A stretch of 44,021 nt of DNA, counting the filler, from Sphacelaria rigidula (lineage: Eukaryota), in assembly GCA_964200075.2 (NCBI GenBank). It is 2 parts of 2 records of this genome, joined end to end, with 100 filler letters (N's around TTAATTAATTAA, not from the genome) between each part and the next. Parts side by side here need not be neighbours in the genome. Positions count along the whole stretch, not along the records: positions 22,062 to 44,021 come from CAXNAA020000370.1; 1 more part is not named here. The stretch is one strand, 5' to 3'. A program made the translations under genes and the position numbers. Of the stretch, positions 35,715 through 44,021 are shown piece by piece (positions within the stretch are counted from its first letter, which is position 1; each line of letters opens with the position of its first letter). The notes under the pieces are model-generated. The model saw only the letters and a program-made list of their open reading frames with translations, was not told where the DNA came from and did not search any database.

Positions 35715-38700
35715 GCATACACTAATTCAAGTAATTTAATTAAAATTATTGCCAGCCCCTCTACACTGTATAACGCATTATAAAACGCAAACTTGATTCT
35801 AGTATGAACTCCATCACACTTATGTTCACTGGCCTTCTGGTTCCGTAGCCACCGCAGCCACAGCGCAGGACCGTGCTGCGGAAAGATGGTATCCAGGACA
35901 TCAACGGCCCTACACGGGGTGCTTTGTCTTTCCGTGTACGGGTTGGCATATCCAACGTTCGCTATGAGTGTCGCCGTGCCTCCGGTATGGTTGCGGTGGC
36001 GGGGGTTGGTGTTGCAGTCTCCATTTGCGCTTAGCCTTCGCCTTTTGTATCCTGCACAGCTTTGGATACGGGGCATGATATAATACTGTGCTATCGTTGT
36101 CGCTGTGCGTTGTTTCATGCTCCCGACCTGGACATGAAAAAAAAAAAAACTTATTGACCTCTCTGCGGCACATGGGGCTTGAGTAGCGCACGTGTGTCCA
36201 TCAACACAGAAATCCAGGGTAAAATCTGTTCGAGAATCATGGAAAACAATTGAAGAAATAGCTGATCTCAGTTCAATTATTATATAACGATCCGTATCCA
36301 TGAAGCCGGTGCCGAAAAACAGCACGTCGAAATCCACACTTTTAAATTGCCAGTACCAGAAGAGCTGAAGGCATCGATTTCATGGGTATATGGGTCGTTA
36401 TCAAATAATGAAAACTGAAATCAGTTAATTTTTCGATGTTTTCCATGATTCTCGTACAGATTTCATTCGGCAATCAGGATTTTCGATGGATACATGTACT
36501 CTACCCAAACCAGGTGAGGTCAACAAGATTGCACTGTTGGTTATTTGTTGTTCGGGCCTGGTCTGGGCTTCATTTCCCTTTGTTAGCTTACTACAGCCTA
36601 GGCAGTATTATTCTCTTTCCATATTATGGAGACATTTGTGTGAGAGAATATGTACCTTCCAGTACATACTGTCGAATTCCGCAGTTTCAAATGTCTCAGA
36701 CCAAGAGTGGAGATCATCACGGTAAGAGGGGTGGGCACCTTCAGCGTCAAGAGCTTGCTTCATGGGCGGTGTGCGGAGGTGGGGAAAGCACCATCACGCA
36801 CGGAACCCGCCACAGCACACATCACAAGCGATTGCTGCTGAAAAAAGTTCCCGTCCCGGTAGAACACGGCGAAGTTGTGCCCTCTACATGCCGACCCCAC
36901 CCCGCGCGCACGAATTTCAAATCATACTTATGTACAGTGTATATGTATGACACCCCTTGCTGTCTGTGTGTACGTGGTGTGCCACCCCTCGCTCCGTCAC
37001 ATCTTGTACAGCGGTCGGTGTTGCAGCTCAGCGTGCATTTGCCCCAGGTGGCGCACGCAGGAGTAATAGGCCGCCTCTGCTGCTGTGATGCCTGCCTGTA
37101 TCTTGAGCGGAGCTGTATGGTAACACAGCCGCTATGGCGCACAAGCCGGCTGTAACAATTCATACCGTGTGGAGATTCCTACACTGTCTTGAAGTGATAC
37201 TACGCGCAGTTCCCACTACGAGTATGGCGCACGTCGCAGTAGACAATAGCTTCCATACTGTGCACAATACATTCTTCTAAATTGTATACTGGCTGTAGAA
37301 AGCTGCTGTCTAGGGTGTATGTAATACATTTCCACATGTATTCGGGGGTGACATCATGAAATAATCCACAGCACATGGCCGAAGTGGAAGTGAGGCAATC
37401 ACCGAAATATTCACGTGCAATCATCGAAATATTCACATGCAAAGCTTGTGCGGCCGTACTCTAAGTTTATAACGCTAGAAGAACACCAGTACAACGACCA
37501 CCCCGGCTGCCGGCCTGTTTGCACGGCCGTCCTAGTAGTGGTGGGACTGTCTGCACCGCGATGTCGCCCCCAGTGCCAGGTACGCTGGCAAGTGTCCGTG
37601 GCGCTACCCACTGGTCGCGCGACAGGAGCTTAACCTTCGAATGTCGACCTTTTTGAAGCGGAAACGTTCAGCTCCCAACCCTCACATATATAGCGGACCA
37701 TAAGCGATGCTTGTTTACTGGCTTTCTTCAAGCGTTCATCCATAACTGGGCGAAGATTGATGATGAGGCCGACAGATTCCGTCGCAGCCTGCGTTCTCAA
37801 CTGTCACTGTACCCACTATCATCGTCATTAGACAGCACGGTGTTGAAGACATATGATCCGACGCACCGTGGGTATCCACCGTACCAAAGCAGACTGGGCC
37901 ATCAGCGACTTCCCCTGCCGCAGCTGTGACTGTGACACCTTCCTCTAATACCAATCTACACGTTCTCCAAGTTTCGGCGTCATCTGACGCGAGGTGCGGA
38001 TTCTCTTCACGCCTCAGCTGCCAAAACACCGCCTCCATATTATGGAAAAGGATAAACACTGTAAGACAGTAGCGGGAGAAGAGCTGAAAAAAAGGTGTGC
38101 AGTCAACATCGATAATAATTTTATAGGCACTAAATCATGAAACACGCGAAGCGTACTGCATACCTTCAAAAGGAAGCGGTGCTCTAGCACACGGCATCGC
38201 ACACGCAAGAGACGTACATGATTACGTCAGCTGTATGATGTCCCGTGTCTCCGCCGCACAAGCTTTGCATGTGAATATTTCGGTTGTCTCCGCCGTTGTA
38301 CCTCGACAACTTTCCGTCGCGATGCCGACTGCATCTGTACCGCAAGATTCGCCAGCGCTGGCCAGCCAGTGGGCACCGTACTTTTCATGTCTGTACGGTA
38401 CCGATCAACACGAGCCATCCAGAACAACAGTACGACAGCCGACAAAAGGGAGCCAGCAGCGTTGATTCGGGTACAGTCCTCTTCTCGGGATATGATTGGT
38501 GCGAGCAGCGTGAAACTGCACACAGCGACGACGATGGAGCTATCGCATCTCATGCCCCGTGTCCAAGCCGTGCAGGATGCAGCGGCAAGCTAAGCGCAAA
38601 TGAAGACTGCCGCGCCAACCCCGGCCACCGCAACCGTACCGGGGGCACGGCGGCACTCAAAGGAAACCTTGGGGACACTAACCCGTATACCGATAGACAG

Positions 38701-38905
38701 AACGCAGCTTGTGAGGCCGTTGCTGTCTTGGATATCATCCCGTCGCCGCACGGTACTGTACTGCGGCTGCGGACCCCAGAAGACCGGCATAACCATTTGT
38801 GAAGGAGTGCATACTCAAATCAAGTCTGTACTGTGAAAGGGACTATGAAATGTAGTGGGATTGATCAAAACCTTTAATTATTCCTTGAAATCAGTGTTTG
38901 TGCTG
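35715..38905. repeat. Long diverged inverted duplication (about 35715-36120 versus about 38505-38905)
   Basis: Translations of opposite strands align: LSANGDCNTNPRHRNHTGGTATL..NPYTERQ versus LSANEDCRANPGHRNRTGGTAAL..NPYTDRQ. Confidence 0.85.
37425..38282. repeat. Perfect 30-bp inverted repeat pair (37425-37454, 38253-38282)
   Basis: CGAAATATTCACATGCAAAGCTTGTGCGGC and its exact reverse complement. Confidence 0.9.
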
Positions 38906-39848
38906 TGAAAATAAACCCGTACCACCGGCAAATGAAAAATGAACCAATGGCTTGGGGGTTTTGGCGAAACAAGAGGAAAATATTGCTTTTGCTTTTCTTC
39001 AGTTTGTTTTCGAGTACCCTGGGGCACATACGTGTGGACAGAAAACAATTCGGGCATCCATGGGATATTGCACAGGTGGTGAGAGTGCGGTAGGGAACAG
39101 AGTCGGGTGTTTTGAGGTGTCGTTACTCTGGGTACCATCGTCTACTGTACTGAGTACTTTCGGCTGTCGATACCCTCACTACCCTGGAGTACCCCTCATT
39201 ATCATTATTTTTATTATTTTTATTACTATTATATCCGCCACATTAGCTCGATCTCTCGAACCCGTGGTCATAGAGTGCGAGCAGCATACCATCCATACCC
39301 ATAACTCAAACAGCTCGCAGCGGAAGGCGAGAAACAAAACATCTCAACGAAAAAGTCATCTACACTACGAACGATCCGTATAAGACCGATTGAACTACAG
39401 GCGACCCACTGGAATCAAAAACGTCGCCGGGTGTGACCTCTCTGACTACCTAGCCACGTAGTGGTGTCTACACAGAGTATTGTAGTAACAGCGAATAAGC
39501 CGGTAATCGAACTGTCGCATAGGACAGAGATCAACCACACAATATATCTACTGTCTCGAGCGCTGTTCAAAGAGATCCTCTGCAGAGCCTACCCACCGGA
39601 GACCGGACAAGGTCAGAGAAGAAGACGAAGACAAGACAAGAACAAAATAGGACAAGCCGATGACAACGAGGAGGGAAAGCGAGGAACTATATTCTCCCTT
39701 GGGTTCGAGTCCAGTAGCATCGTCATAGAAACACAAGAGATAGGGTGTGTCTAGCCTATACACGACATCGCGCTATCAGCGAAAAACAGAATCTGTTCGG
39801 AGTTTCCTATATTCGACAATGAAAACATAGGATACCATCGGTATGTAG

Positions 39849-39980
39849 TATCTACAACAAAACAACTATCTCAGACACTCAACAGAAAGTAATATTCCGC
39901 CCTCAACGAAGTTAGCCGCCCTGATCTGCTCTTCTCCGCTGCAGGGTCCTCGTCGAAGTTGACCTCCGGACGCTCCCATC
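39849..39980. repeat. Dispersed repeat, second copy at about 43700-43830
   Basis: Shared TTAGCCGCCCTG.TCT.CTCTTCTCCGCTGCAGGGTCCTC.TCGAAGT...GACGCTCCCATC. Confidence 0.85.
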
Positions 39981-41036
39981 TGCCCTCGCCAGCGTCCATG
40001 ACCAACGCAGCCACCCATCCTCGCCAGTGTCCATGGTCCCACACAGCTCTCGTCTTTGTTCGCACTCAGTGCCCCCCCTGCTTACTTTGGCGTGAAAATC
40101 GCACCCCCCTTTGTGATGCACTCGGGTTGTGGTCTTGAGGTGTCTCGTCCAGGAGGCTCAACCAAACCCAGCCCATCCGTCGACGACCGCTTCTCCTCCA
40201 TCCTTGTCGCCGAAACCAGCCTACACATCGGTACACGCTCCTTTGTACCAAAGGTGTGCGTGCCAGCTTTCGACAGCGTGAAAATCCAGTACCCCAGGGT
40301 ACGTACCCTACCCTACTAGTGGAACACTTGTCCGCCCGAGATGGTGAAGGAACACAACGTGCAACCTATCACTTGAAAATACAAGAAGAACGAAGGATGA
40401 TGACAGTGACTCGGAGACAAGCGATCGCTTTTTGTCAGCGGTCGTGTCAACCTGCACCTAGCTTGATTGCCTGCACCCACTGGCCGACACAAGGTACACA
40501 CGTGAAGGGAAGATCGGTGGGTCGAGCTCACTTGAACATCTTGTTGGAACTGTTTACACCCGCTGTACTTGGTTGATTGATTATTGAACCATTGATTGTG
40601 TTCATCTTCGAATATTTAACATTGACCCATCCGCTACGAATTAAGCCGTGGTCCCAAGATGGACTTATCCGATGTAAATAGTCGGATCCCGCAGCAAGGT
40701 CGCTAACATTTCGGTACATTCGCATCCCCCAGGAAATCATGTCTACCCGCCATCATGGTATATGCCCAGCTAGTCAGAGGCACATAGTGAACATGCACGG
40801 ACAAAACGTTGACGGTTCGGACGAATCAGAGTTCATACTTGTTGACTCCCCATAAATGTTGAATGCGAATAGTGTACCGAATATCCATCCGGAGTGAATC
40901 ATAGATGGTGAAGTTGCACCTTCGAGGTCATATCGCACGAATCACGGGCTGGAAATTTGTACACTTCAAGTTGTGTCGCACGAACCAGGAGTGTAAACTA
41001 TGTACGACTCACAATGCCTGTATTAATCGTTGGTGA

Positions 41037-41445
41037 GAAACATGTGCACTTGATTCATCTCGAATAAATGGAAGGTGGCGAACATGTACACGTAATTCAT
41101 GCTGCATGAATGGAAACCGGGAAACATGCGCGCGTGATTCACCTCGTATGGATGGAAGGCGGAGAATGTGTACGTATGATTCATAAAGCATGAATGGAAA
41201 TTGAAAGTAACGCTTGAGTCACTTCGTATGAATGGAACGTGAGGAACATGTACCTATGATTCATTCTGCATGAATCTAGGGGGAGATACATGTACGCTTG
41301 ATTCACCTCGCATGAATGAAAGGTGGGAACATGTACCAATGTGTCATGCTGCACGAATGCAAAGTGAACAACATGTGCATGAATCACGTGTTGCATGCTG
41401 TATGCATCCAGGAGAAATACAGTACGTACCTATGATTTATGCCGT
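41037..41445. repeat. Degenerate satellite of about 41 bp (alternating A/B dimer), block 1
   Basis: Consensus GAACATGTACxTATGATTCAxxxxxATGAATGGAAGGTGG, about 10 units. Confidence 0.85.
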
Positions 41446-41506
41446 GTTAAAGCAAGGTTTCGTACTGCTGTTGTCTGCTGTCCGCTGCGCAGATTGTGCA
41501 TTACTA

Positions 41507-41985
41507 TGCTGTGCTCTCGTGTACTGTACTGTCCGCCGACTGCAGTGGGCTTTGCTGCAGTGTGTCCGAAACTCACGCGAACATGCTGGAACGACTTTTA
41601 CAGTGCTGGTGCTCTCTGAAGCTGTCTTCGTACTGTTTTACTTATCCAGGCCAACTGTACCGCGGAACAAAACATAGAACCGCAGAAAGGCCGTCAATAG
41701 CTTACCGGTAGCTCGGGAAAGTAAACAGCTAGAAGGAGCACTCTAGGTGCTCAAATGTGTGCTGTGCTATTCTGCACCGCGCTGTCGGCGGGCTGCAGTG
41801 TAAACTTCCGGGAAAACTCCAGAAACGACTCGTGCTCATGCTGTCTTCCCAGGTGTTTGTGGTACTGTATGCAGTTACTCAGGTTAAATGTACCACAGAA
41901 CACATGGAACCACAAGGGCTGTCAATAGCATAGCTCGGGACAACAAATGGCAAGAAGGACCGCTCGGGGCACGCAGACGCGTGTG
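41507..41985. repeat. Diverged tandem duplication of about 240 bp
   Basis: TGCTGTGCT..CTGCAGTG..GAACC.CA..GGC.GTCAATAGC..TAGCTCGGGA..AGAAGGA occurs twice. Confidence 0.7.
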
Positions 41986-42301
41986 TTGCACTGTTTTTGA
42001 TGGTTGTGTTACGTGCGAGTACAATGTTTGGGACTTGATTCACTGCGGGTTTTTCTTGAAACCCTTAGACTGCGGTGCGGGCAGTCCATCTAGATCACTC
42101 ATACTTTTTTCGAGTGAAAGTTGATGCCTATTCAGCAGGTGACCTACCCTCGCGGTCTAAGGGTTAGGGGGTCCGCGACTCGTACGCTCTCATTGCCTAC
42201 CTCAACTGCAAAAAGGCCGTGCCATCGAAGAGTCGCGCCCCGTGAAATTACAGGTCGGAAATACCATGTTATCATGGTTCGTGTCTGACGAACAGAATGC
42301 G

Positions 42302-42630
42302 GGGAACATGTACGTATGATTCTTGCTGCATAAATGGGAATTGGAAAACATACACGCTTGATTCACCTCACATGAACGGAAGGTGGGGAATCAAAGGAAC
42401 ATATGCTATGTAGATGGAAGGGGAGAAATATGTACCTTTGATTCATGACATGTGGATGGAAGGTGGGGGACGTGTGCCTAGGATACATGCTGCACGAACA
42501 GAAGTTAGGAAACATGTACCCATGATTCATACTATACGAATGGGAGGTGGGAAACGTGTACATTCGTCGGTGTACTGCACGAATCATGAACCCAAAAAAC
42601 ATGTACGGATCACAACTTGTGTATGAATCT
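42302..42630. repeat. Degenerate satellite of about 41 bp, block 2
   Basis: Same consensus and orientation as 41037-41445. Confidence 0.85.
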
Positions 42631-43856
42631 TATGGTTGATTCGTACAAATGTTGGATATGAGTCGAATCACGATTTTGTTCATCCGAACCGTAACATATC
42701 TCAGTGTAATATTTATCACGAGCTGGCTGCCCAATCATGATCTGCATAGCTCGAATTGCGTCCCGACAGTGCCGTGTACCTCTCGCACCGCCAAGATCAA
42801 GTAGTGGTACGAGAGTTCGATATCCACACAAGGATTGCGTGCGCTCCTTTGGCGTGTGCCTGTTTCCACAATGCCGATATCTTTCTGCGGAGCCCGGTCA
42901 GCTCGCCGTTACGCGGGCGTAGTACATGAGTCAGAGAGATAACCCCACATGATGATTTCGGAAGTGTGGGTGTCGAGAAACTGGAGCATGAACTGGAGCA
43001 CTTGGAACCCACTGAGGGGAGCATGATTGCTGCTGGATGGTCGCGAAAATCCTCGGCATTTGTCATTTCAGTCAGCAAAAAACTACTTGTCAATTATGAG
43101 CATGGCTGCGGGGCTGGCAGCACTGGTGGTCCTACCGAACACTTCACGATATCCCTCGAGTTGAAAAGCGCCTTCACATGCGACATGTCTAGCGATACGG
43201 AGAAACGCTGAGCTGCTCGTATATCGCAACTAACTGGGGTTGGACCCTTCTGTGGATGGCGAGAGTTTTGCGTGTTGAAAGGAGGCCCCACAGCGATTTT
43301 GTGCCCTTGATTTTCTAAACTTGCAGGCGACAACCCCATAGCCAGGTGCATATAAATGAATATATCCACACTGAAACGTTTAGGACGGAATATTCAAGTG
43401 TTCAAATCTCGGTAGATGCACATGAGCATTTGTTCTATTTCTGAGAAGAATCGGGTTCCCATGTGAGGACGTGACTAGTAGAGGAAACTCGACGAGTCGG
43501 AGCGGCTCGGGAGTGCTGAAAACATGAATACCATCTGTAACCTGTCTCGTTGACAAATATCTGGGCGGGCTTACCGGGCAGCCTTGACCTTTAGGGGACT
43601 AGACTCCCAGAAACATAGTGTTTTCGTGCTTCGGGTCATTTTCCAAACCAAAAGCATGTCTTTCAAAAAAGAAAAGAGTAGATTATTCCTGCTGATCGAT
43701 ATTTACGACAAAACAGCTATCTTGGACTTTCAACAGGAAGTGATATTACGCCCTCGACAAAATTAGCCGCCCTGCTCTACTCTTCTCCGCTGCAGGGTCC
43801 TCCTCGAAGTCACCTCCCGACGCTCCCATCATGGAAGTGTACCTGGTGTGCACCGC

Positions 43857-43929
43857 GGGAGAAATGGTTGGCTCTTTTGAGACTACGGACCTGTCGCGGG
43901 AAAGGGGAGGGGTTGAGAGTGTGACTAAA
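43857..43929 (+). mobile_element. SINE family A 3' fragment
   Basis: TTGAGACTACGGACCTGTCGCGGGAAAGGGGAGGGGTTGAGAGTGTGAC matches the 3' core. Confidence 0.65.
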
Positions 43930-44021
43930 GTATTGAAGGAATCAACCCATCTCTCTAGCCTGGTCCGGCGAGAACCCGGCGTGCTCCGTCCCGGCTTTGT
44001 AGGGGCGGACCCCCGATGGGG

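Noticed and set aside
35549-36337. 262-aa ORF as a real gene
   Set aside because: It lies in a repeat arm, has no recognisable motif, and its inverted homologue does not keep the same frame extent.
42797-43369. Minus-strand frame of about 190 codons with one stop
   Set aside because: No recognisable domain or convincing splice sites; could be chance.

Overview
Eukaryotic, repeat-saturated DNA with GT-AG introns. Repeat style and ACAGTACTGT-rich low-complexity tracts suggest a brown alga or related stramenopile; this is an inference. No intact protein-coding gene is evident, and the supplied ORFs are mostly spurious. The window holds several decaying multi-exon genes: EB1/MAPRE C-terminal-domain exons with a frameshift, a polyQ gene with five premature stops, an unknown 3-exon chain and C2-domain exons. 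Transposon content comprises a degenerate Ty3/Gypsy retrotransposon, a degenerate hAT transposase interrupted by a hAT MITE, many MITE/foldback elements (Tc1/mariner-, Stowaway-, Harbinger- and hAT-like) and six copies of a modular tRNA-derived SINE plus a second SINE head. The Gypsy pol region carries a C5 DNA-methyltransferase-like domain immediately before the integrase, which is the top finding. There are also a palindromic 43-44 bp satellite with a 4-unit higher-order repeat inside a TIR-bounded element, other satellites, and two assembly gaps, one an artificial TTAATTAATTAA contig linker. All protein-family calls are by-eye motif matches, not database hits.
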